A stretch of DNA of 64,000 bases from Sarea resinae (taxonomy: Eukaryota): the NCBI GenBank assembly GCA_026026165.1, contig JAPEUD010000017.1:310001-374000 (forward strand), read 5' to 3'. Shown one piece after another: positions 25,701-38,638 of the stretch. Within the stretch, counting starts at the first letter, position 1. Each line of letters begins with the position of its first letter. The notes below the pieces were generated by a model. It saw nothing but the letters and a program-made list of their open reading frames with translations. It had not been told where the DNA came from and did not search any database. The translations under genes and the position numbers were made by a program.

Positions 25701-27197
25701 CAATCCGAAAGTCATGATGTGGACATACTGCAAGATTCCATGCCATCAGAGTCGAAGGCACTTACCGAAGGTGAACAGGGAAAGACTACACTGGGTCTCG
25801 GCTTGGCAGTAGTTGCAAGAATAATTCGGACAATGAATGGCCAACTCAGGCTTAGCTCAGAAGAGAGCAAGGGGTCAAATTTTATTATTCAACTCGGTTT
25901 CGATCTCCCGGACAGCTCAGAGGGTCAGGAGCCGTTGCCTCAGATAGCTGAGCCTGTTACTCCATCAACTCCGCCGGCTACTGACGAAGGGATGATACTC
26001 GTTCGTAGTCGAAGTCCCCGGCCGCTGTCGCCGAGTGATGGACGTGGACAACTTTCACGAAAGGACAGTGGTGACAGTGTCTACAGTAGGAAGAGCTTGA
26101 GAAGCCTTTCTAGTGCTAGAAGCGCAAAAAGTGACGTTGACAGGCTCATTGACGCCATTCAGGAGCCGCACCTGCTTGAGAGGTCGCACTCTCAAGATGA
26201 GGGAGCGCTGATATACTCACCAAGCAAAACCAACCCTGAAACACGATCAGAAAGGCACACTGCACTGATATCGGCTCACAAAGGTCCTAACAACCAGAAC
26301 GAAGCTCATTGGGAGGGATCGCAAGCTGTCTCTGCATTATCTGGAAACCTGAAATCCGCAATGCTTCCTCCAGGTCAGAAGAAGATCGTAGATACCAAGA
26401 CGCCACTCAAACCCGTGAAGGTTCCGGATAATTTTGAGTCATCACAGCTGAAGCCTGGCTCTCATCCAGCTCCGAGGGCTATGTTCGAAGCGTCTGACAG
26501 AGAGACTGATCAAAGGGTTGTCGAGCATAAGATGGCTGAACCTCTCAATAACAATCGATTACGTATCTTGGTAGCGGAAGATGACCTGGTTAACAGCAAA
26601 ATTATCAAGAAACGACTCGAGAAAATTGGCCATGATGTTTACCTGACCGTGAATGGAGAGGAATGTGCCAGCGCATATGGAGACAGTCCAGGTTCTTTCG
26701 ATGTTGTTCTGATGGACATGCAGGTAAGGTCTAGTCCTAGAGCATCGTTCAAGTTTATCTGATTACTTGCTAAATTTTTTGGTCAGATGCCGATCGTGGA
26801 CGGGCTCGCTTCAGTTAAGATGATTCGATCTTTTGAAAAAGCACGCAATCCCGACATATTATCGCCCCATGCTGCACTAAATGGCCGAATACCAATATTT
26901 GCAGTCTCGGCTTCGCTTCTCGAGAAAGACCGGCGAACCTATGTTGACTGCGGTTTCGATGCCTGGATTCTCAAGCCCATAGATTTCAAGCGTCTAAATC
27001 TGCTGTTAGAGGGAATCATTGATGGCAGGGTCCGCGAAGATTCATTGTATGTTCCTGGAAAATGGGAACGGGGTGGTTGGTTTGGTATAAAGAGATCGGG
27101 TGCACATGATCTTGACACTTCTCCATCTGGACGCCATACTCCGGCTCTTGATGGAATGCCTGAAGATCCGTTCACGGACGTCAAGCCACCCCCTTGA
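22704..27197 (+). CDS. fphA: Fungal phytochrome (PAS-GAF-PHY-HisKA-HATPase-REC), one intron 26724-26786
   Basis: Bilin-attachment RCEDEPIHIPGAIQ; GAF PASDIP and SPIH; PHY WAGNP/PRKSF; HisKA HEVRTPLNAI; DTGVGM; REC VAEDD...LMDMQ/MP; C-terminal WERGGWF. Confidence 0.97.
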
Positions 27198-28070
27198 AGT
27201 ATAGTCTACTTCAATCACTTGCTTCAATCGCTTTGTCTACGCCGCGTGATTGACACGCGTGGTAAAGAAGGCGCCTAGACGCAATTGTACCCGTTCTTCT
27301 GGATCCTCCATCTTAGGGGCGACTCGAAGCCTCTTGATTATCTCAGGAGCTGTTTTTTTTTAATCTTCCATCGTCTGCGAATGATTCGGCCGTCGAGGCC
27401 GTAGGAACTTCTCCGCGCTGTCTATTTCTTCAGTAACAGCGAATATTTTGACTTGATTAAATCGTCCATCAGCACATCGCACCCGGCGGACAGACATCGT
27501 TTTTGTCTTGAAGAGCACGAGAGCTAGAAAGAAGGATTGCATACTATGTATCGGGGTGTTCGGGGGCTTTCATAGGAAGGGCAGGGTTTTGGTGAGGTTT
27601 GTGAAGCGCGGGGATGCTTCTTCTTTTCCTCCTTTTTTCGGATGGACTTCAGCGATGGGCTAGAACGTGTTGCATAGATTGTGATTTCCTGCTTTTCCTG
27701 GTTTTTTTCTTGCTGGACGGGCTTACGCGCGGGATGCTTGATACCACACGCATTCACGAGGTATATAAAGCTGCTATGCATAATGTGTAAAAAAGCCATC
27801 GAAGAAACATTGGATACGATGGGAAACAATTCCTTCAACTCTTCTACTCTTGAACATGTTTTGTGTTATGTATTTCGAGATGCCTGCCCGGGGTGTGATC
27901 AGCCAATGTCTGGCTTCTGGCAGGTTCATCATGGACATAGTTCTCATGGTATGGTGAATTGAAGCAAGCCAATGAGTGAGGATGAAGGGCTGAGGATCTA
28001 AAGCTGTGTCATTCACGTAGCGACAAGCTATGGAGTGACTAGCTTCCATAACAATGATAGGAATGAGTTT

Positions 28071-30093
28071 CTACGATGGACTGGAAGTGCCACCCTCAGA
28101 AACTTTAACCTCAGCATCATCGTCGCCACCACGACTAGTACCTCTCCCCAACTGCCCCAACAACCCGGCCTTTCCAACCCGCATTGCACGCTCCAATTCT
28201 TCTTCCCCTTCCCGCAGCGCTCCCCGTCCAGCCTCCCTCCTCCTCATCTCTATCCTCTTCTGCTCCCTAAGTCGTTCTTCTCTCTCCTTCAGAGCCTTCT
28301 CCCGTCTCTCACGCTCCTCTCTCTGCCGCATCTGTGCCTCTTCCTCTTCAGGCGAGAGTAAAGATGTTCCTGAGGGCGCTGGGGGCAGAGTCGAGATGTA
28401 CGTTTCGATCATAGCATCCCGTTGCGTTGTAGGGAGAGTGATGTATCGGATGTCTGTGAGGAGAGCCGGGGGAAGAGCGAGGGTACTTGTGGTAACGTTT
28501 AAGGCTGAGAGGGGGAGAGATTTGAGGAGGGCTAGGAGATCGGCTTTTTGGGTTGTGGGGGGTAGCTTGAGTCCTGTTTGTTCCGTCAGTGCCTGCCATC
28601 TGATTTCCGTGCAAGGTGCATGTGCGAAGCGAAGAGAGCGACGTAGGGAACTTACGGCTGATGTGCTCGCGGTAGTATTTTTCGCGGTCTTTGTCGGAGA
28701 GCTTGGGATCACGCATTTCAGGCTCCTTTTTGAACTTGCGCCGGAATTCGGGCCAGTAGAGCTTTGGGGTTGCGTGGGATTGCAGAAAAGCTAAGTATGG
28801 TATTCGGGGCTGTCAAAGTCACCTTGGTTTAGCTTCGAGATCGTTGTGTGAGAGGGAACAAAACTCTTTGAGACTCACATCCTTTTTCTCTTCCTTCTCT
28901 TTCTGTTCTTTGAGCTTCTGAATCTTTTCCCGACTCCATTCGTCCCACACCTCTCTACGTGACTTCATATTCGGAAGGACAGTGTAGCGGTCGTCGTCGA
29001 TTATATTGCCCTCTTCTATAACTTTGTCCCATATGCTGTAAGGGTTGATGTTGAAGTCATCGAGCAAATCCTTGAAGAGTGCACTTGAATCCTCCTTTGT
29101 AAGTGGTAAGCCTTCCGCGCCTTCCTCCCACTCCCCTGCCTCGTCCTCCCCATACTCTGCAGGATCTAGTCCGTAATCTTGGCCCATAGCCGCAAGTTGA
29201 TATGCTATGTCGTCCTCGTTAAAGTCTACGGGTTGATCAACGCCATCTTCTCCAGTTTTCTGGCGCTTCCATGGACTTTGGTCGTCTTCATCTTCTGTAT
29301 ATTCTTCGTCTTCGTATTCCTCTTCGGCCTCTTCTTCACCCGGCGACCTTCTCCGAGAGTCGGCCGAAGGGTGTTGTGGGGGTCCAGATTTTGCTGCCTC
29401 TGCAATTTCCTCAGCCGCGATAGCCTGCTCATCTTCCAATCCACTTTCTTCTCCCCTTTTCCTCCTCTCCCTTTCTTCTCTTTCGATCTTATCAAATTCT
29501 ACCACCCCCTTCATCACGTCTTCCGGGAATTTCCAAAAGCTCTCTTCCTTCTCCGGATTGTATACGAACCGTCGTCTTAGCTTCGTTTTGACTAGTAGCC
29601 ATGGTGAACACCCTGGTATTATGTGCTTAGACTTCGGTCGATCCTCTGGTTGATGGCGACGTCTCTGATACCCCTGGCTGTCACGAAAACCTCCGCGACC
29701 TCGGTAGCCACCTCGTTCGCCAACGTGTGAGCTATAAGGTGTCGCGCCTCGAAAGTCGGCAGGAAAGCCTTGTTGCGGATAGGCTACAGGAAACTGATTT
29801 TGAATATTCGAGTACGGATTTGGGCTATAAGTGGGAATGGGACTGCCATCCTGAGGGGTAGGATCGGAGTATTGCGGAGGTGCAAATGGTCTCGTGTAGG
29901 TAGATTGCTTGGTTTCGGCATTGTAGTAATATGAGTGCCCTAAGCAGAAGCAGAATAATGTCAGCTAGGTTCAGGCGCATTCTTGCAAATGCTGTGATAT
30001 CATTCAAGAGCTACCTGTGGGAGCTTTGTGCTCAGTCCATCCTGGCGGAAGAGGCGCCGGAGCGTTGAGAGATCGATGCGTTGATTTGAGCAT
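28071..30093 (-). CDS. dre4: WW + FF domain protein (Dre4/Urn1/TCERG1-like splicing/transcription factor), multi-exon
   Basis: WW LPPGWTEHKAPT/GHSYYYNAETKQSTYTRP; WLLVKTKLRRRFVYNP; FF ALFKDLLDDFNINPYSIWD...DDRY; LYWPEFRRKFK. Confidence 0.82.
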
Positions 30094-30481
30094 TACGCTG
30101 TGTCACACTTTGTGATACTGCCACTCGAACACTGTAGCTACAGACGTTGGGACATGTCTAAAGAGGTGATCTCGTCGAGGTGTATTTTGAAGATAGAAGA
30201 TAGATGGATCTACCTCAGATCGTCTATTTACTTTGTGCTAGGTACCGCCCGTCGAAAGCGCGCTCTAATTAGACCGGGAATCGATATCATGTACCTGGGA
30301 TCAGGTACCCCCAGCTAAGAAGGCACGCGTCGTGTAGCGAGCTGCCTGGAGCTTGACCTGCATCATTGGCCCTTGACATGCTGAAGCTCTCCATCTCTCA
30401 TTTCTCAAGCCATTCCATCTCCACCCCCATACAGTATCTTCCTATCCCGCTCCCAAGCTCCAACTCTACTTTACCGCCGCC

Positions 30482-31404
30482 ATGTCGAGAAGATACGATT
30501 CCAGGGTAGGAGTGCCTGTCTCTTTTGTCAACTACAGTGGCTGACAGTTGCCGGGTAGACGACCATCTTCTCGCCTGAAGGGCGCCTCTACCAGGTTGAG
30601 TATGCTCTCGAGGCAATCTCGATGGCTGGCACGGCATTGGGGATATTGGCACAAGATGGTATTGTTTTGGCTGCGGAAAGAAAGGTTACCAGCAAGCTGT
30701 TGGAGCAAGACACATCGGCCGAGAAGCTATACATCCTGAACGAGTGAGTGCAACAAGTTGGAGGCTCGGCCGTCTCTGCGCCTATGCTAAACTCGATCAT
30801 AGCAATATGATCTGCGCCGTTGCGGGTATGACCGCTGATGCCAATATCCTCATCAACTACGCTCGACAGGCCGCACAACGATATCTCCTAACATACAACG
30901 AAGACATTCCTTGCGAGCAGCTCGTTCGCAGACTATGTGACCTGAAGCAGGGTTACACCCAACACGGTGGACTGCGTCCTTTCGGTGTTTCGTTCATCTA
31001 TGCCGGGTACGATCCACAAAGACAATTCCAACTCTACCAGAGCAATCCTAGTGGAAACTATGGAGGCTGGAAAGCTACGAGTGTTGGTGCCAACAATGCC
31101 AGCGCACAGAGTCTGCTGAAGCAAGATTACAAGGAGGAATGTAATCTCAAAGAAGCGTGTGGTTTGGCCGTTAAAGTCCTGAGCAAGACGATGGATTCTA
31201 CTAAGTTGACCAGCGAGAAAAGTACGCAGCCGTGTTGCAAGAGACCACTAAAACAATCAAGCTAACTCTTGCATAGTCGAATTTGCTACCGTAGGCAAGA
31301 CAAAGGATGGAAAGGTGTATCATCATCTATGGGGTGCGGATGAGATCACTACGTTATTGAGAGAACATGGGCTTGCCAAGGAGGAAGACACAGAAACCGG
31401 CTGA
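30482..31404 (+). CDS. PRE9: 20S proteasome subunit alpha 3, 4 exons
   Basis: [57 protein letters not shown]. Confidence 0.97.
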
Positions 31405-34266
31405 TTGACACCTCGATACTAGAGTTGTTAAGAGGTTCGACTGTCGTTGTTTGATTAGAGCTTCACATTTTAGGAGTCTACTGAGAATAGCAAGCTTTTT
31501 GTGGAACTTGTAAAGACTTTGACTTCTTGAACACAATAGTGGCTCCTTAGGATGACGTAGGCCTGATAATATGACGAAGTGCTCCGCGCTCCCACGAACA
31601 AGCTGATTGAACTCAGGTAAAGAGTGGCAAGCCTATGAGGATCTTGATCCTCTGCGGGCTGTTCCTTGACGCTGCTACCGGTCTTAGTTTGATTAAGTAG
31701 ATACTCCGAGTCATCCATGTCGAACGTAAAAGCGACCGATCTGCATTTCAAGCCTGGACTATTTGAGTCCTCATTGAGGCTGTTTGACCGTCATTCTAAC
31801 CTGTGGTACATTGCTCCAGACGTGAATGATCTGTTTGATTATCGAAATATGAAGACTACGCATGGTTTAACTGAATTGACTCTTGACTTTGCCTTCCCAA
31901 CAGCGACAACTTGGAAAAGCGCTACTAGAAAGACATAGATCGGGGGACGTTAAGTGTGCTATAGCACCAAAACGAAGAAAATAGTTGGCTCATCTGAACC
32001 AGCAACCAGGTCTCGGGGAGCGCTTCCTCTCCACCTCATGATCTCTCGACGAGAAATCGGTACTATTCAAGCAACATATGGACCGAGTATGCCCGCCCAA
32101 GCGCCATTGCTGTTAGTCACGGATGCTCTATCAGCCAAGGCGACTCTAATACCGAAGTATTGAGATGGTGTTAAACCGCTGTAAAGCCTTGAAGATGGGC
32201 TGACGTTAGGAGACTTTGCAGGCATTCTCTTGAGGATTCCAGCGGCCACGTTGAGCTGCAGAGTTTTTGCATCTACCTCACCAACTAGAGAGGACCGTTA
32301 TCAAAACTGTGTTCCTCTTCAACGGCAAGCGTATATCTATAGTCTGAGCATATTTCATTTGTCGGCATTTCCAGGTACTGGGAACTTTTTGCTGATAAGT
32401 TTGACGGCACCCTTGAATCTAACCCTTGTACGGCTCTGTCCGCACCGATGGCAAGGCCAAATTCATTGACGATGGATCTCAAGAATAGTCCGAGACCGAA
32501 CCAATGAAACTCACATCGGCATAGTAAGAATCTGCTTATTTGTCTGTAAGGTTTCCCAACTGCTCCGTGATCGAATCATCAACAGAATCGATTATGCAAT
32601 TGTGCCCCTGAAGTCAGGGGTAAGTGAATCATGACCAATGCCCATCATAATGGTCAGAATTTGAATACCCAAGTCGGCCTTTTACAGTAGGAAGTCGACT
32701 GAAGTGTCACAGGCAAGCAGTTGAACGAGAGGGGTTTAGGTCTGATTGGCGGCCGGGACCGCATGACGCAGAGGGTGTAGGCCAGTCATACGGTGCCACG
32801 AAAAGCCGTCCCGAATCCCAAGGGAATCGTTGAGAGTCAGGCAAGTACAATAGACTATAATACAATAGCTGTATCTCTAGAGTTACCGGTCCAAGTTCTC
32901 GAGGCTTAGCCAAGAGGTTGTTACTACCTGCGAGTCTCCCTCATGTGCTGTGTACGAGAAAGCTTCGCTGCATGGGAAGAGCGTGACCTCCTAACAAGAT
33001 ACAACGACAAAGTTCGTCTTTACAATTTGGATTGCATACTAGTGGTATCGTTTGCATACGACAAGCGGTTGGTCTAGAAGTCGAGATAGGTTTCGAAGAA
33101 GGCCCTGGAGGAAGAAGTCTAGAAAGAGCTAGTCTAGGTTAAAATGCTTTCGACCAGGCGCATATAACGAGGTTGGGAGGACCGGTCTCGAGAAGGCTTC
33201 CTCCACTTATTGATTGTATACTGCATGAAAGAGCAAGGAGGGGACGAATCTTTGAATTGAGTGGTTCCTGTCTGACCGCTGGTGATGATTGCTAGATTGG
33301 GGGCAGTCGCGCTCGATAATGATTTAGGCTGGGACTTTTCCAGGAGAACCGGAAGAGTCATGTTCACCGACTTCGCAGGATGATGACAGTCACTGACTTT
33401 ACATTGTGTTGGAAGAAACGGTTGTTCGACATGTGGTGTTGCCAAAGGGACAAGATAACAACAAGAGGCTCGGAGCTGGAGGACTGGAACATCAAAGGCC
33501 GAGTGGCTGGCCAAGTGGCTGGCTGTCAGCGAAGGCAAGGGAAGGCGCTGCTGACTAAGCAGACCTTGGCGCACATGTCGACATTCGACAGCGAAACTCC
33601 CCCGCCCCTCATCGGACCACACGTGGATGTTTTGACGTCTCCACTGACGGCTCCTGATATTGCCGATTCTCCCTCATTTCGGCCAGACAGAAAGACGCCC
33701 ATAAGAGGCGGATCAACAGACGAGCTGGAGATGATTTTGCAGCTCGTAGTTACCTGTTCTCAGCATTACGTCACGGGTTGCCGGCACTCTACCAGCGGCC
33801 CTATCTCTGGTAGGGGCCATGGAGCCCAGTTGGTCGCTTCTGACGACTGGCGACTGGCGACTGCCCTGCTCAGCGGGAGCCCCGCAACTAAGTCTGCTCG
33901 TTCGGCGGCTACACATTCACACTCACTCTCACCCTCGCTCGCCCTGGCACTCTCAAAAGTCCCAGATTTCTCGGATTGAAAAAAACTGTGTCAAATTTCA
34001 TGGCCGTTTCATCGTCAAAAATAGAAAGAAGGAGAGAATGTTACAAGAAACTGCGTTTGACAGCTTTCCAAAAACCCCGCCGATTAATCATCTTCAGGTG
34101 CCCAATTTCTGATTTCTCCCGTACACCGCCTAGACGTCCAGCCGCGAAATGAGTGGTTGGCAACATATGAAACACGAAACCTCCCAAACAGATGTTCTCG
34201 CTCGGAAGGAAAGCAGAACGTCATCGCATCCCGTCTCAGTATATCAGGATCCCTCCATTGATTGGT

Positions 34267-34599
34267 TCAGATTGACTGCAGCCTTCTGCTGCGCTCGCAG
34301 CTTAACTCATAGATCTCAGCATCCAGTGCGCGGATGGTGTCGTAGGACTTATCGATAGAAGCACTGAATTTGCTTCCTTCGCGTTGCCACCGCGCAATGC
34401 GTTCGACCTCCGCATTCCGACGTCGTTGTTTCGTGTCGATCTTCTCGCAAAGCTTGCATTTCTGGCCGATCGGCACCGTGGCCATAATCAGTTTCATACC
34501 GCACGTTTCGCCCGTTCGGTATTCTCTGTTGCAATGCTGTCTGAAATGTCCCCATTTCCAGTCGCCGCACGCGAAACGGTGTTGATCGAAGAAGCACAT
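34267..34599 (-). CDS. Small Cys/His-rich + coiled-coil protein of unknown function
   Basis: 110-aa ORF MCFFDQHRFACGDWKWGHFRQHCNREYRTGETCGMKL...CKLCEK followed by a heptad-like helix. Good start context (gaaacATG) and spliced 5' UTR. Resembles a conserved Pezizomycotina hypothetical family as I recall it. Confidence 0.8.
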   Translation of the reverse strand: MCFFDQHRFACGDWKWGHFRQHCNREYRTGETCGMKLIMATVPIGQKCKLCEKIDTKQRRRNAEVERIARWQREGSKFSASIDKSYDTIRALDAEIYELSCERSRRLQSI

Positions 34600-37500
34600 G
34601 TTTCGGCTTTTCGTTTGGTCTCGTCTTGTTCGTCTGTCAGTGTCTGATACTGCGTTCTTACCAAGGATACAGGCTCACCTTGATATTTCCTATGTGTAGG
34701 CAAACAGATGCCAACTCTCGGGCTGCTTTTCGGATTGTCCGCTATGCTAAACGTTGTCAGGGCAAGGGATGATACGCAGACTATCACTCGATACTCACCG
34801 AAAGTATCAAGAGAGGGAGATAGGAAGGAAGGCTGGCCAATCAAGCTTGCGTTGGGAACGTGAGAGCTGAAGAACGACAAACGGTCAAACTTCGAAAGGA
34901 TCTTTGAGTCTCAAGGTAGTTTGTGTTGGTGTATGGCCTTGATCTCGACGAGCTTGATGAAGATGGAGAGGAGAATCGAAACCATGCCGGTCTCACTGGC
35001 GGTATTTATGCTTCATCTCGACGCAAAGGACCACCGCTCAGACCGCTCATCGACACCAACTTGATCATCACGGAGTGGTCTTCAATCGGAGCTCCTGACT
35101 GGGCTAATCATTACCCCGCTTGCCCTCAGCCAACAACTGTCGAGCTATCTGTTGGGCTTCAAAACATCTTGGCATGGAGTCCTTGGCGTGGAGCCATGAT
35201 ATGACGCCGGACATGTTCCGGAGTGTCCGCAGATGCTCATGCATATCAATTTGCAAGGTTTCTCGCCTTCTCAAGACCTCTTGTTTACAATAATTGTCTG
35301 GACAGAAAATGCCTCACGCGGCTGCTCCTGACCCCTTCTACAAGGTTCTTCATCAGCCTTGTCCATTTACTGATCCCCGAATTCCAGTGTATCGCCTCGA
35401 CGCTTTGATTCCGTGCAATGGCACGGTTTGCTTATTGGCCACCATCCCTCGATCTTCTTGTCACTCAGATGGCTCCTGGGAACGAAGATCCCTGCCCTCT
35501 GTCCCGTCATCGACCACATCTAGCGGCAACGGAGCCTGCGAGGGCATATTCGGTCTCCACCTTTACAATACTGGCTTCGGTTGCTGTTACATTTGAGGTT
35601 TTCGATTGGATCAATTCTCGACCAAATGGAACGACATCTGGTTTGACTTATTGTGGTTGAGCTGGTAGTTCTCCAGCACAGTGACTCCACTACGCCGGCC
35701 AATTGATCCGGGCTCACATTCAATCGGAGCCTATCAATTTCAAGTCCACTGTCTCATCGAATATTCATCCTGAAAAACCATGGAACCCATTCGCTCATCT
35801 GCTCGGGTCAATGTCCCAGCCTGATGTTCTAGTCACCTCAACGTTCCATCTCACATTACATTGTCGTATCTCTGGGTTGAGAGTTGATTCCCCGGATACA
35901 ACTACTGTTTAACCTTGAGGCTACATGGGACTAATCATCAGGCTATGCGTTCAGCTGATCGCTTTGCCACAGCACCACATTCAGCGATTCAAGGGTGCGG
36001 GGAGTGTTCGCCGTTAGTCTGCATCTCGGACCCGGTGTCGTGATAAGGAGTCAACAAGGATGGAGGGGCGACTGCTGAGCGGCATCAACCACGTTAAGGT
36101 TCAGGCTTGCGCTAGGAGGGGCCGTAGGTCACTACAAAAAGCGTTCTGACGTGGCGAACGGAGTCTGGTCGGTCAATTACCGATTCTCATTCGAAGATAT
36201 CATCTTTCAATCAAACATGGCGCTCACAAATCTCTCTATCGCGGCGACCCATCCTCGGCTGGAAACTAGGCCAGGATGGCGGGTTTTGTGATCTAAATTT
36301 CGGGAAAGCACTTAATTTCGTCAAGCCAAAGACAATGGATGACAGCCAGCACTGGAATACCCCGCTATTTTGAGATCTTGTGCTTGTTCAGTGGTCTGTT
36401 ATTCTTCAAGCTTTGATCATGTGGTGGCAAAATATGCTGCAGTACGACATCATGAAGGTCGGGCATCTCCCTCGCAGGCAGCGAATCTTTTCACAGAAAA
36501 TTCAAGCCGTTGACGCCCCGTTGCACCGTCACCCTACGCTGCCTATCTAGCATTACATGACCGGAAAAAGCGGAAGAATGGGGCTGGGATAAGCGGTGGT
36601 GACGAGTATCAGAGGCAAAGAAAATTCCACAGGCTCTGAGCATGCTCTCCGCCCCTTTTCTGCAGTTGTCTATGGTCTGGCGTTTCTGACTCAAGTAAAC
36701 AAACGCCCTCAACCAATTGGGCTGTCCCAGCCCCAGTCTTATCTCATGGATCGAGTCTCCAATTCCAATTGATCACCAGAATCATACCACTGATGCCTAT
36801 CGCTTTGAATTGAAAAAGACTTTTTGCTCGAACACAGGCTACAAAAACGTGTGAACGTTGATTTTTGCTCCATGCACGTACGTTTTGGCGGCGATGCTGG
36901 AACCCAGCCGTCGGGCCCACGACTCCTCAGGTGAGCAGCGAGCGCTGCGTGAGCAGCATCGTCGTACAATAACGGGCAGCAAATGAGAGGCCGAATTGCG
37001 GGCCTGCCAATTTTAAGGTGTGGGTGAGGTAGGTGCCGAGACGGAGAGTTGCGGGCATTGATAGAAAAGCGAATGGCTGCAGGTTCGGGAAAGGCTGACC
37101 AGTCAGACGGCTCTCTTGGGGGGTCACTTCCATGTAGGGTCTGAGCCCGTATGGGCCCTACTGAGGAGCCAAGCATGCAAGGCGAGAGCGAACGAGCGAG
37201 GGACGGCCGGGGAGGAGAGGGGAGGGGAGGGAGAAGAGGAGAGTCGGTACTCAGTAGTACCTTCCGTATCGTTTCTCGGTATGATAGTTTCTTGGGATTC
37301 GTTGTTGTGGGTGAAAAGGAAAGAGGGGAGCGTATGCAGGCGGAGCTGCACGCTTCATTGGCAGGGACCAAGTCTAGAGGAACCGACTAATTTAGGGCAC
37401 GCACTCGATACTGAGCACGAACCAAAAAGACGAACAGAGAGAAGACGCAGAGGAGATGAGCCAAGATCGTAGTATCGTATTACATACGTGCATGCTGTCA

Positions 37501-38638
37501 CTCGCCATTAGTCCACTGGCCGGAGGTACACTATCTGCGCGTACGATGCTGCAGTGAGGATACCGGATCGCGAAACTACAGTCCAGACTCTTGACTGGAA
37601 ACGTAAGCAAGGAACGGCCATTGGCAGCAATGATGCAATGAGGACGGTGAGGCTGCTGAGACTTCCTCGGTAACGGACCGGAGAGAAACGTGCTCGAGCC
37701 TAGACTCGCCCGGAGAAGGAGTCTCTCAGAGGGAAAATAGGAGACTGCAGATGAAAACAAAAAGGACAGCCGATTGTCACCAATGCAAAGCCATCTCTAC
37801 CTTACTGGTGGCCATGGTGCGGCTCCGTTCTCGCGTCGTGCATACCGTTTGTCATGCATTGATTGATTGATTGATACGAAGCATAACGATACCGTCCGAG
37901 TCTCAGTTCTTGTCCATTGACGACTGAGAGTACCTTCGTACAATACACGAGTGACTGGGGACGGCGTGGTGGAGGAAGTGGAGTTTCGAAGCCCTGGAGC
38001 AGGAAAGTTGTTGCCCATAGGGCCAAAAGGGGACGAGTTACTTCCTGCAAGGCGATGCAAGCCGACAGCACCTTGCGTCCTCGATGATGAAGGTCCACGG
38101 GTATGACTTCGGGGTACTTTGTAGTATCTGCGCCCAGCTTACCTAAGGTCCACAGGTGCCTGCACCATACTTCGTACTTCGTACCTAATCGACGCAGTAA
38201 CCCATTGTTGCTCTGATCCAGGCTGCCCCGCCAGGTCCGGGATAAGTCAGGTACAGGATATCAAGTCCCGTGGACTTCCCCTTCGACCCATGGTTTGTCC
38301 CTCGTCCTATCTAATCGTCCCGCTTGTGACGGATCACCTGTCAACAAACACCCCTCCACCTCCACGATACCCAGTGCGCTCCTGCTATCACTGCTCACCT
38401 TTGTCGGACTCATTCGTCATTCACCTAGAATCGTCGTCACCTTCTGAATCAAGACAGCGCAACGACAACACCGCGGCACCACGACACCGCGACGACACCA
38501 CCACGACACCACACCACGACAACAAAAATAGGTAGTCTCCACTACGGTCTGTCGCGACTGCTTCTGCTAGCAGTGTTCCCCGTGAATACCTATCATGATC
38601 TGTCTTCAATCAGGACCCTGGCCTGCCAATCATTGAAG

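Noticed and set aside
27681..27962. ORF with two CxxC pairs (CIMC, CPGC) and a nearby tatataa
   Set aside because: The first ATG falls inside the first CxxC, the ORF is short and no family is recognisable.
28054..28794. Long plus-strand ORF, and similar ones at 47498-48253 and 54404-55123
   Set aside because: Antisense shadows of real genes.
30619..30630. PRE9 AISMAG where AISHAG is the form I recall
   Set aside because: Single substitution with no arguable functional consequence.
31717..32480. Chain of short plus-strand ORFs with an intron-like acceptor near 31903
   Set aside because: No splice combination gave a long or recognisable protein.
36423..36431. Perfect yeast PACE element GGTGGCAAA
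   Set aside because: Single copy about 2 kb from any start codon and not at PRE9; compatible with chance.
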